From: the human T2T-CHM13v2.0 reference genome, Homo sapiens
DNA: 64,000 nt
Assembly (NCBI RefSeq): GCF_009914755.1
Contig: NC_060939.1
Reading direction: 5' to 3' (one strand)
The translations under genes were made by a program, and so were the position numbers. Shown one piece after another: positions 15,037 through 29,130 of this stretch. How positions within the stretch are numbered: position 1 is the first letter of the stretch; each line of letters begins with the position of its first letter. The notes beneath the pieces are model-generated. The model had not been told where the DNA came from. It saw nothing but the letters and a program-made list of their open reading frames with translations, and made no database searches.

Positions 15037-15148
15037 ACCAATATATAAGCATTTGTAATGCTTATATATAAGCTTATATAACCAGTATATAAGCATTTGT
15101 AATGCTTATATATAAGCTTATATAACCAATATATAAGCATTTGTAATG
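15037..15148. repeat. 44-bp tandem repeat (~2.5 copies) with internal palindromes
   Basis: Unit accaatatataagcatttgtaatgcttatatataagcttatata starts at 15037, 15081 and 15125. Confidence 0.95.
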
Positions 15149-15880
15149 TTTATTTAACATAATAAATGATATTATTTATTTAATATCTGCTATGTGCCAA
15201 GCACGGTCATATTTCATTCTAACTGTGAGAAGTTGGAATTATTCCCATTTTACAGACAAGGAAACTGAGACTCTCAGAGATTATGTGATGAAGATTAGAG
15301 AGCAAGCAAGTAATGGAACAAGTATAAAAACACAGGTCTGCTAATGACAACATCTAAGACTCATCTTTGGCAGTGTTACCCAAGTAATGTTATATTATTG
15401 CTTAAAATTAATTTTTTTTACAGTACAGTAAAATACTATCGTACAGTAAAATACTATCGACTATTGTGAAATCTATCATGCTATACCATAACATCTTATT
15501 TCAAAGTACAGTAGAAACTCCTGACCTTCAGATAATTTTTTTCTATTGGCTATCAGTTTGTTTTTATGGAGGCTGTAGGGAGCAGAATTGACCAATGCTC
15601 CCCACACCTTCCATAAAAACAGCCAATAGAAAAAGAATTAAGGCATTTTTCCTGACCCCCACCTTAAACTTTTACAGTTAGCCAACCAACTACCACACCC
15701 AATCATGTACGATAAGAGGCTATTGTATTTATTTAGAAACTTTAACTCTTTGAAGCACAGCTGTCTTTCACAAAACTATAATCTGAGTCTCTACATTAAA
15801 ATCCACACTTTACTCACACTCTGAATGAGCATCTGAGAAGTTCTCCTATTTATGTTCATCTTATAGAAAACTTAGTGTTA

Positions 15881-16197
<317 letters not shown>

Positions 16198-16559
16198 TTA
16201 GTGTTAAGTACGGTTATCTAATTATCTAGCTCAGAGACTAAAAGCAGGAAAATTAAAAGGTGACAAGGATAAATATATTAACAACAAAAACTGTTGACAG
16301 CCAGGGAACATAAAAATCAGAATAAAAAAAGATAGGCTGAGATGGTTTAAACTAGAGACAAAAAAATCTCAAACCAGAAGCGTGAACATTTTTTAAATGT
16401 CTCCACATATCATGATTACAACTAAAAATATTTTGACGTTTAAAAAGTTTCAATTATCCAGAAAATTCATTTATATAGGATAGTTCTTTGGACACCAATG
16501 TAGTTTAAAAAAAAAAATGAAGTGTAACTGTTTTCTCGTTAAGAGTTGTCCATAACTCT

Positions 16560-16790
16560 GCCTTTCAAATTGCAGGTCATCATGACCCATTAATTGGTGA
16601 AGAAATCAATTCAATGGGTGGTGACAGCAATTTTTCAAAACGTGAAATAGAATAGAAAATACAACATTACATTGCGCACAGTAAGGGTAAGTACGTTTGT
16701 GAAAAGCTTATTTCAATATTTCTGTACTAGTTTGCTAAGTAAAAGATTACTTACACTGGTTTTAGTAAAAGAAAAAAAAAAGCCATGGGT
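16560..16790. mobile_element. hAT-Charlie-type DNA transposon fragment
   Basis: tttcaaattgcaggtc...gacccattaa...gaaatcaatt...gtaagggtaagta pattern. Confidence 0.4.
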
Positions 16791-18260
16791 CTAAAGGTTT
16801 ATGCTATTATTATGGAATATAATCACAATACTAAACTCACAATCCCATCATCTTTACCTGAGAATGCTAAAGAAAGCTACAATTTTTAAGGTGAAAACTT
16901 CTTTGGAAATCTTGATGAATAAATTTGTTTCCCCTAAAAATCTATATCAGTACGTAACTAAACATTTTATTGTGTTTAACACTAGTTTTGGCTGCAAATA
17001 CTATTTTTAAAACTGCTTATGACTGTAAAGCAACTTTTCACAACAATTCAAAATAAATAGTGACTTTGATTTTATTTGCTTGTTTATTCTGAGAATCAAT
17101 TACTAACCTTGGTGCCATTTTTCCAAAGTGATTGATGTAATCTAAAAATCTAAACTTGGCATTCTACACAAGGAACCTGCTCAGGAGCAATACACTTACT
17201 AATACTTGATACATACATAGCTGCTGCCTGATTGTATGTAATAGCCAACACCTAAAACTAATTTAAATCACTAAATTAAGTATGGTTTTCTCCAATTCCT
17301 TCTGGTGCATTTCAATAGACCTATTTTACCCAGAAAATTTGTCTAATCACTTTGAAAAAATATATGGAAAAACAACCAGTTTAATATATATAAATTTTAA
17401 AATAAGCATCTAATTCGTAGGATAAATTAACATTTCCAATCCTAAAGACTTGGATTTGGAAGGAAATCTGTCATCTAGTCCAGCCCCCTACCAAATAAAA
17501 TAATCCCCACTTCACAATGTTCCTTGGAATCAAACTCATATCTGACTGAAAAGCTCTCACTACTAACCACTACTATATTAACATCTTCTAAAATTGGTTC
17601 TTGCCATTAATCAGAAGACTGATAAAGAATTACCTTGAAGTCCTTGAAAAGCAGTGTATATATTATTCTTATAAATCCTGAAAATACAGGTTTAGAAAAG
17701 AAGTGACATTTACTTATCACCAGGGATTTCAGTGGCCCAAACTGTCCATATGCTGGTATATTGAATACTGGAGTACTCTGCAAACTTTTGGAGTTTGCTT
17801 AAAGCACAAAAATCAACTAATCAAAGTAGTAATAAAATAACAGTTGTCAACTCAAGCTTAAGTTTTCTCTTCATTTTATCAAGTTCACATTCAAGTTTAA
17901 AAAGCTTATGAACTTCTTGAAAGTTGAAGTTAGATTGACTACCTAAAAACGAGCAAGTACAACTCTAAAATGATACCTGTATTGTGGCAACAGATACAAA
18001 TACCATTCTTTACTTTCATTTTGAGATACACTAGAATCTCTCTTGAAGCTAGTGCTTCAGAAGCACTTTTGTAAAAACGCTTAACCTTCTCTTCCATATG
18101 CCTTTCTCTACCTCACCAGCTGGAATCTGTCACAAAAACAGATAATCACATATGATACAGAAATAGTTGATCCTACTGCAGAATTAGGTTAACACTTCTA
18201 AATTGAGGCATAGAAAAGAAGGGGGTGGGGGAACAAGCCCTACTTAAACAAATCATTTAC

Positions 18261-18276
18261 CTCGGTCTGGCTTCAT
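18261..18276 (-). CDS. ATOSA: First coding segment of ATOSA (FAM214A/KIAA1370): ATG AAG CCA GAC CGA G = MKPDR plus one base, phase-1 intron follows; rest of CDS lies left of the window
   Basis: Minus strand reads ...GAAAATGAAGCCAGACCGAG|gtaaat. MKPDR(D) matches the recalled N-terminus of human FAM214A/ATOSA. It sits just downstream of a CpG island in an exon with canonical splice sites. Confidence 0.85.
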
Positions 18277-18377
18277 TTTCACATCCAATTTTCGCCCAGA
18301 GTGCTGTGAAATGCACCTGTGGGTTCTTTCAACAGGCTCGCCGCTGATTCTACGGCTTCTGCTTCGCTTTCAAAATG
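18261..18377 (-). other. ATOSA: ATOSA exon containing the start codon (117 bp, mostly 5'UTR)
   Basis: Acceptor ttaattttatttttgtctctttcag|CATTTT at 18378/18377; donor GAG|gtaaat at 18261/18260; locally CpG-retaining. Confidence 0.85.
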
Positions 18378-18826
18378 CTGAAAGAGACAAAAATAAAATT
18401 AATCTGGCCCTATTCTAATACCCGGACCTTGCAAGTAAACTACTGTTAAGTTAGGCCTCTTCCTGGCACCAACTGCGGTGACAGCACCCTCGGCTGGTCT
18501 GAAAAAAGCAAAACTCTCTGCACCGCCTCCCCCATCTCCTCCGGATCGAGCACCCCCTTCCCTGCCTCTGTGCTCTCCAGGCCAATGTGTCCTTCTGACA
18601 CAGTCTCTGAACCAAAACAGGATCTATTTATAACCTGGAGGTACAGGCAAGAAGAAGAAAAAGATTTGAGCAACACAAACTAACCCCTTCGTACAAAAAC
18701 GCCTCTGGAAACAGAGGCACCTCCGCAGGGCTGGTATGGAAATTCTTCCACCTGGTGCCTGGGCGCAGCCAACTCTTCCAGTCCCCTGCGCCTCCCGAGC
18801 CCTCCGCCCGCCCCGCCGGGCCTCAC

Positions 18827-18930
18827 CTGTGTAATTACCCTCTGGCTAGCCTTCCTGCGGCAACCGCGGCCAAGTTTACACAGAAACCCGAGTCACCTCC
18901 TCCCGCCCAGCCCCCAGCCCCAAACGAACT
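18827..18930 (-). other. ATOSA: Probable non-coding first exon of ATOSA (proximal promoter); 5' end approximate
   Basis: Strong donor ACAG|gtgagg at 18827/18826 inside the CpG island, giving a 449-bp intron to the acceptor at 18378. The TSS cannot be determined from sequence. Confidence 0.6.
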
Positions 18931-19649
18931 CTTCCGGGCTGTCCCGGGGCGACCCTACCAACTCCCAACCAGTCCTCCGCGGCCGGCTCCGGGGGAGGTG
19001 TTTACAGCCTGTGCTCGCCCCCTGCTCTGCACAACCCCTTCCGTCCCGCCGCGGCCCCGGATTTCCTTCAGCCCCGCCGCACCGAGCGCCGCGTCTGCCC
19101 CTCTCCCCGCTGGAGAGTTGTTTTCATGGCGCTCTCGAGCTGGCCGGCTCCTCCGCTCCCTCGGCCGACCTCTGCTGACTAACTCGCTCTCCTCTCCCGT
19201 CCCAATCCCGCCTCCTCTTGGCACTTCTCTCCACCGCTCGCCCAGCAGCTCACATCACACTCCCACCTCAGACCCCAGGCTCCGAGAGGCGCAGGGCCAG
19301 CGGGAGCGGAGTATGGAGCGCAGCGGCCCCCGCGGCTGCCTCAGGTGACCGTGGGGACCCGAGACGACCAGCCCGAAGCGGCTCCCCGGCGCCCCTGTGG
19401 CCATCCACCCGCGCCTCAGCCACCGCCTCGCTCCGCTCCCTGCGCTCAGCCCCTCCGCCCTGCCTGACTGGCACCCGAGCCCCGCGACCCCCGGGCTTCC
19501 CCCGCCCGTAGCCCCGGCCGGCCCTCTTGCCCAGCGCCTCTGCCAGCTCCTTGCCCGCCCGCTGTCTCTAGCTCTGGCGCCCCGGCTCCCCGTCCCCCTC
19601 GCTCGGCCAGTTCTTTCTCTGCTGTTTGCCCTGTCAAAACACTGCCTAG

Positions 19650-19739
19650 GTCACGTGTCCCAACAACAGCCAACCCACCCCGGTCGTCACTTCCTCCCCG
19701 GCGGCCTCCGCGGCCCTGGCGCCCGGTTACTATGGCAAT
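19650..19739. promoter_or_regulatory. Motif cluster: E-box GTCACGTG (19650-19657), ETS/half-CRE composite CGTCACTTCC (19685-19694), RFX X-box GTTACTATGGCAAT (19726-19739)
   Basis: Direct matches to known consensus motifs within 90 bp; binding not shown. Confidence 0.55.
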
Positions 19740-20008
19740 GCCGCCGCTCGCCCCGGGGCGCTAGTTTGGGGCCGGGTTTTCGGTGCAGGTGCCCGGCGGG
19801 TGCGAGGGCGCTGGAGATGGCGGCTGGGAGACACCAGCAGAGTCCCGGAAGCCCGAGACGTCCCAGGCACTTCGGTTGCGCTCCCAGCCGGCAGAGGCGC
19901 GCCTGGATTCTGAGACCAGGAATCGGAGCTGCGCTATTAGAGCGCAGGGTAACTGGGGAGATGTCATCCAAGGGCCTGCCCCAGACGTGGAGGATAATTA
20001 TAGTCGTC

Positions 20009-20085
20009 GTCTCCTCCTCCTCCTCCTCCTCCTCCTCCCCCCTCCCCCTCCTTCCCCCCCCCCTCCTCCTCCTCCTCCTCCTCCC
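20009..20085 (+). repeat. (TCC)n / C-rich pure polypyrimidine tract
   Basis: Two TCC arrays flanking C runs; no purines on the + strand for ~77 bp. Confidence 0.95.
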
Positions 20086-22544
20086 GGGATGCTGGCACAG
20101 AGTTGTGATCGAGCCCCAAGTGGATTGCAGCGCATAATGGAACCCGGGTTTAATGTGACCGGGACGGGGGGTGGGCAGCTATGCGGGTCAGGGAGTGGGA
20201 GAATTTAAGAACAGGAAGCCCACCCCCACCCTAGATTTTCCCAAATCACTAAGGATTTTAGTAGGATTCAGAACCCAAGCTTCCAAGACACTCGCTGTGC
20301 TAAAAATAATCTTCATAACTTCTAAAACACTGACTCATGGGCAGGAGGACACTTTGACAGCATGTTATTGTTGGGGAGCTGTAATTTTGTTGTTGTGCTA
20401 TAGCAATGTGACATGATGGCATTTCATGTTGTGATGTTGTCGTCATTTAAACACAAACAGATGACAGGAATCTGCTGTACTTAAAAAAAAACCCAATCCT
20501 AACAAGCGCTGCAGCTATTAGCTACTCAGTCTATAGACAAAGTACATATGGGGCATGAGCCCAAATGGAGACAAGTAAAAATTTGCAAGGCTCTTTGGTT
20601 TCATTAGAAAAAGTTTTTTTTTTAGATATAATTTTGCATAAAAGGATCACAGGAAAGTATTAGGACAAGTCTAAGGGGATTTTTTTTATTTGTGCCCTTC
20701 TGTTTTAAAATTTTTTTTTACAATGAGTCTATTATTTTCACATCAGAAGAGTTTTATAAACTGCAAGATTGGCAGTTCCATTTTTTTGGCCTCAGGTAAA
20801 GTTCTTATGAAAAAGGCATGAAATATTTAAAAAGTAACATTTTCTAGTGCTTAGATATGTACAGTAAAATAACATGTACAACTGAAATTGTTAACCTTAA
20901 CTCCACGATTGTATCTAATCAGAGCGGAGAGAACATTCAGGAGGGTAACATTTCATTTTCTCTGAAATGTTCTGGCATCATGACGATGAAACTGACAAAT
21001 GGAAACAGTTCTTTAATCTATAAAATGCTACAAATGTTAAATCCCAGTGGATTTGACTTTGATATTATTGAATACTGTATTATGTAGTTTTTAAAAAATG
21101 AACTGAAGTTTTACTTGTTCTACAATCACTTTGCAATTAACCTTGGTAATGGGAGACAGAACAGTTACAGATAAGCCAAAAACCTAAATTTAGCACAACA
21201 GCTGGGACCAAATAACAGCTATTGTAAAAGCCTTACTGGGTGAACAGGCAGCAAAATCTGGTTTAGCTTCTTTCTTCCTCTATCTAATGCAAAAGAGGTA
21301 AAAAGACCAGGAAATGTTGAGAGCAGAAGCCAAGACTATTAGTGTGTAGCACAAACTATTCTCTTTTAAATAATTTTTAACAGCACTTGGGTAAATGATG
21401 ATGTCAACATTTGTTAGACTAACCTGAAGTTTTTTTAAATTTAGAATCTTAAACCTGTTCAAAAATTTGAAATCATTATGGCAGCAGAAAAAGTATTTAA
21501 AAGGTGTATTTCTGACTCATTATTCAAATTGTTTCATTCCATAATATGCATTTACTGAATACTACCTGCTAGGCTCATACAAGTCTCTGAGAATGTAAAG
21601 GTCACCAAAACCAGATAGGGTCACTACTTTCAAGGAGCTTATAGTACTATTACAGTTACATGGCCCTAATCAAGTCACATTCTAACACCTTTGTTTCACC
21701 TATAAAAGTGAGGTGTTTAGACTCTGACAATAGTTATCGCTTTCTTTTATCCTATGATTATGTAACACATGTTCAGAGCGTTTGGAAATAATGACTTGAA
21801 ATGGCAATTCACTCTAAGGTGCTCTGTTCACACCTCAGAGCACATAAACAGAACAAATGTTTCTAGTTCCTAGTTGGTGAAGGGTAAGGGTAAGCAAGGG
21901 AATCAAGATAGCTGGCAGGAACCTTACCCTCTTTTCATCTGATTTGCTTTCCATTTTGCTTTCCCCTAGGGTTTCAAAGCCGTATATGAGTAATTAACTT
22001 CAAAAAAAAGTTAACTCATCTTCAGCAACTCATCTTCATCCCCTCAACTTTTACAGATTTTGTTGAAATGGGTGGTGTATGATCAATCTGTAATGACTGT
22101 CTCTAAGTTCTTTTACTTATTAAGGTGATGAGGATAACTGGTTTGCTCACTTTATGAATACAAGGCTGTTACGATGACCAAAGTCATGGAACCAGTCCAG
22201 GCTACCAGGATGAGCTCCACCAGAGCAGGGATTGGTACCTTCTTCTTTCTTGTATCCCTAGCACTTAGTAAAGAACTGGATATAAAGTAGGAGCTCAATA
22301 AATATTAACCTATGTATTCTCTAATATGCTTTTCTTGTGCATGCCTGTAGTCTGCATGTCTAATACTGGCTGGCATTTTCTCCCTAGTGGGATAAAGGTA
22401 GAGTTGAGAAATTGGTGGGTAGCACAAATTTCATTTGTAAATGACACATTTTCATTATACTTTTGGGGCAATGTATATATTATATGTTGTCTCATAATAG
22501 TAGGAACCCATTGTGGGTTGAAATGTGTTCTCCCCTCAAAAAAA

Positions 22545-22730
22545 AAAAAATTGTGTTGCAGTCCTACTCCCATCCCCCATCTGTGAATGTGAACTTAGAT
22601 ATGTACAGTAATGAAGTTAAGATGAGGTGGATTATTAGGGTAGATTCCAAATCCAGTGACTAATGTCCTGATAAGAAGGAGAGGTTTGAAGGTAGAAGAC
22701 ACACAGGGAAGATGGCCATGTGACTAAGAA
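22545..22730 (+). mobile_element. MLT1 (MaLR) LTR fragment
   Basis: gttaagatgagg...gattagggt...aaatcca...gtcctgataagaagg...gaagatggccatgtga. Confidence 0.7.
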
Positions 22731-24509
22731 AAAGAATGGAGGTTCTGAATGGTTACTCAAACATGAAGATCTTTAATTCTGTAGAAGTTAACAGTAAATG
22801 AGTGAAAAATGTTAAGATATCTCTAGTATCTTAAAAGAACAACTCTATGACCCATAGCTAGAGGATAATCATGAATAAGTGGTTGAGAGTCAAATGAAGA
22901 TACATTATTTTAAAGATGGTAATCAGTACATCTTATTTGCCATGAAATATTGTAGAAATAAAGATGAGTAGAATTAAAATGTATAAATAAATCTGTTCTT
23001 GCAAAGTTAAAAAGAAAAATGTACTTTTAGTACTTGTTGAAACAAGATGAAATGCAAGCTATCTTTTCCATATCTAAATTGTTTCTGATTATCCACTTAA
23101 ATTCAGTACAGTTAATTTCTAAGAGAGAAAGATCATGGAGTCATTGCTAAGGCATTGGCTTCTGTAAACAACCTTCTACCTTCACATAAGTTGGTTGTCT
23201 GGTTTATTCTTTTTTGAGGTTCCTGTTTGTCTACCCTCTAAAACCACAGGTATAAGGAAGTAAAAATGTATTCTTTCTGGTCCCAGTCTGCGTAAGTGTC
23301 TTAGGGCTTAGAAATACAAGGGCCTCTAAACTTCAAGGTGGATAAACCTTTAATTAACCTGACAATTTTGCTGAGCTGCTGGAGGTCTCCGACCCACCAA
23401 GACTTAATGTCTTTTTAAAGAATAATAATGGCCGTTTTTTGTGACAGTAACTGTGCTCAGCATTTTACATATATATTTGATCCAAAGAGGGTGATAACTA
23501 TTTCTCAGATTAGGAAATTGAGGCTCAGAGAAACAAGTAACTTTCCCAAAGCTATATTTAATAAGTAGAAGGCAGCCGCTTCCTGAATGGACTCATTTAA
23601 TTTCCACTACAATATTCTGAAATAAGTTAAATAATTTCAAAATTTTCAAGTGGGGAAACTATGGCTCAGAAATGTTGAGAAGTGGTTCTGCATTTAGAAT
23701 TTAAATTGGTTGATATACACTTAGGCTTAGTGCTTTAAGATATAAGCTCTAAATCAAACAGCTCTGGTTGATGTGTTATATGCACACCCCAAAGAGCAAA
23801 TGGTCATGCTCAGATAATAGCAGCTGAAATTTCTTCAGCACTTAAGTCATAAGCACTATTCTGAATGATTTATATATTTATTAGTCCATTTAATACAACA
23901 TCCCTATGAAATAGTATTATCCCTACCAAATACACAGAAAAGGGGAAGTTAAATAATTTGCCCAAGTTTAAGCAGTTAGGCAGTAGCAGAGTCAGGATTC
24001 ACACCTAGTGAGCATGACTTGAGAGCATACGTTCTTACCCACTATCTGTTACTGGTCTCTTAGTTTCATTTTCCACCCAAACCCTGTATCTTCCTGACAC
24101 TGGGCTTCTGCCCTACATGAGATCCCTCCCCAACTACTATGGAAACCCTTCTGGACTTTGAAAGCCCAAAGTTTCACCTCAAAATGTCTTTTAGAACCCA
24201 TACACTCATACACACCATCTCTGTCTTTTTTCTGAACACATATTTATGATCTTAAAACCACATATTCCTTTTATCTTTTAAGGGCAGATGGACTGACTTC
24301 CAATTCTTTTGTCTTTCCTTATTGAATAGCACTATCCTAGGCACAAAGATTCAAGTGATTATTGAAGATCCAAGGCTGTCACTATTCTCTAGAACTGCTC
24401 TGGCCAATACAGTAGCTATAGTCATCTGTGGTTATTGAGTGCTTGAAATGTGACTAGTGAAACTGAGAAACTGAATTGTTAATTTTAATCAATTTAAATA
24501 TAAATTTTC

Positions 24510-24810
24510 AGCTGGGCATGGTAGCTCATGGCTGTAATTCTGGCACTTTAGGAGGCCCAGGTGGGAGGCTTGCTTGAGGTCAGGAATTCGAGACCATCCC
24601 GGGCAACATAGGGAGACCACTGTCTCTATAAAAAAGTTAAAAAGTTAGCCAGGCACGATGGCATGAACCTGTAGTCCTAGTTACTTAGGAGGCTGAAGCA
24701 GGAGGATCACTTGAGCCCAGGAGTTCAAGAATGCAGTGAGCTATGATTGTGCCACTGTACTCCAACCTAGGCAACACTGCAAGATCCTGTTACTAAAGAC
24801 AAACAAATAA
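24510..24810 (+). mobile_element. AluJ
   Basis: Full diverged dimer; taaatttt on both sides. Confidence 0.9.
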
Positions 24811-24883
24811 ATTTTTGATAACTGAACTCATTTTTAAAACTAAGTATGTTTGGAACAACTGACTATATGAATCTAATTTTTTT

Positions 24884-24917
24884 TACACTTGATCTTAGCC
24901 AAAAGGCCAAGAAGTGA
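24884..24917 (-). pseudogene. 3'-truncated U2 snRNA retropseudogene (U2 nt ~2-35)
   Basis: Minus strand TCACTTCTTGGCCTTTTGGCTAAGATCAAGTGTA versus U2 5' end (A)TCGCTTCTCGGCCTTTTGGCTAAGATCAAGTGTA, two CpG transitions; flanked by direct repeat tgaatctaatttttt. Confidence 0.9.
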
Positions 24918-24965
24918 ATCTAATTTTTTAACTGCCGATTTTAGGAAATCTAAATACAGATCAGG

Positions 24966-25133
24966 TTTTCTTTCTTTCTTTCTTTTTTTTCAAATTTTTA
25001 AAGTTCTTTAAAGAGACAGAGTCTTGTTCTGTTTCTCAGGCTGGAGTACAGTGGTGTGATCCTAACTCAAGCAACCCTCCTGCCTTGGCCCCCCAAAGTG
25101 TTGGGATTACAGGCATGAGCCACCATGCCTAGC
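24966..25133 (-). mobile_element. Internally deleted Alu
   Basis: Alu 3' and 5' portions joined; TSD atcaggt. Confidence 0.8.
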
Positions 25134-25652
25134 TCCACATCAGGTATTTCTAATGAGAATTGAACCTACAAATTGAAATGTAAGTATAAAATATACAGCA
25201 GATTTCAAAGACAGTGGGAAAAAATGTACAATATCTCTATTGATACTTTAAAAATATTGATCACATGTTGAAATGGTAGTACTTTAGATATGTTGGGTTT
25301 ATTTTTAATTTTTCAAAATGTGGCTAATAGAAAATTTAAAGTTATATATGTAGCTTACATAATATTTCTATTTGCTGTAGGATTCAGTGGCTTACCCAGC
25401 ACTTCAGAAGACATTTGAAAATCAGTCATGTTCCTCAACCAAGTGATGCCTTTTAGCGGTGCAAATTCTGTGCTTAGGAAACTTGCTGCTTGCCCTAATC
25501 TTTTCTTTTTTTGTTTTAAAATGTGTCATGTGGCATTTAATTGTCCTCATCTTATCAAGGGTTCAGTGCACCCTAATGAGACTTGAATGCATCACAAAAT
25601 GGTAAGGGCACAGCCTAGATATAGTAGGAACAATGGTGAACAACCCTTCTGA

Positions 25653-26286
<634 letters not shown>

Positions 26287-26964
26287 TTCAGTAGAGTTTT
26301 CATATAAATTAATTTTCTCTTCATACTTATTAGAGGGTCACACACAGAACTACCTACCCAAACAGTGTGAGCTATTTTTAGAAGCAGTGATGGGTAGACT
26401 TCACTCTAAGCAGCTTCACTCTTCATGAGCTGGTAGAGATACTGTTTATTATAAATGAAGTTACTGATCCTTTACATCTTTTCATCAGAGTATATCAGTT
26501 CATTGCATCCTAATGAGAATTCCACAATAATACTTTTCATGGTTAAAAAGATTTCATACATTGGACTTGAAAAGTAGATATAAACAGCAGCAGTGATCTC
26601 CATTTCAAAATGTGCAATATAAACTGATCGGGTATTTCAGAAAAGCATTTTTGAACAGAGTTCTACCCTTCAAAAAGATTTGTAAGAGAAATCTTTTCTA
26701 AGGTTACTGTCTCAATTTAAGAAAGAAAAAGGTTTGTAAGAATGCATAAAAACTACAGAAATTCCCTAACCCCTTTTCACAAATGGGAAAACTCATAATT
26801 GAGACTAAATTCTTCACATGTAGTAGATAGAGCATGATAAAACAACTTGTAGTACCTTTTTGATAAATCCAGTTTCTGCTGCTTCTATCAGAACCCCAAA
26901 GCTCAATTAGGCATAGAGAATTCTAGGAGCTATTCCTTTATTTGCTGACTGTATATATCTCAGT

Positions 26965-27097
26965 TTTCCTTTTGCATTTTCAGATGGGGTCTTGCAATGT
27001 TTTCCAGACTGGTCTCTAACTCCTGGGAGCTCAAGCGGTCCTCCTACCTCAGCCTCCCTAGTAGCCATGGTTAAAGGCATGCTCTACTGTGCCTGGC
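26965..27097 (-). mobile_element. FLAM/Alu monomer
   Basis: agatggggtcttgc...ctggtctctaactcctgg...ctcagcctcc. Confidence 0.8.
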
Positions 27098-27239
27098 TCT
27101 GAATAATTTCATGCTGCCATGCTTCAGAGAAAAGAGAACATTAGCCTTCTTATTTCAACTTGCACAGGCAAATTCTTTACCTGCAACTCAAAATAATTGG
27201 TCTTTATTTCTAAAATGTCATTTCTGTATAATATAAGTT

Positions 27240-29130
<1,891 letters not shown>

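Larger units (their letters stand above)
18700..20200. promoter_or_regulatory. CpG island promoter
   Basis: Abrupt switch to very GC- and CpG-rich sequence over ~1.5 kb with multiple GC boxes (CCGCCC) in an AT-rich background. Confidence 0.95.
24390..25375 (+). mobile_element. Charlie1/MER33-family hAT transposon, interrupted by two Alus and a U2 fragment
   Basis: Ends ccaatacagtagc...ttgaaatgtgactagt and tggctaatagaaaatttaaa...atttctatt; internal transposase remnant atgtttggaacaact...gaatct...aaatctaaatacagatca. Confidence 0.75.

Noticed and set aside
15037-15148. CRISPR-like repeat array or other prokaryotic system
   Set aside because: Units are contiguous with no unique spacers, there are no cas-like ORFs, and the DNA is clearly primate.
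18755-20208. Long ORFs across the CpG island (197, 246 and 141 aa on plus; several on minus)
   Set aside because: Pro/Ala/Arg-rich low-complexity translations expected from stop-poor GC-rich DNA; the long plus-strand ones start at GTG; no recognisable domain.
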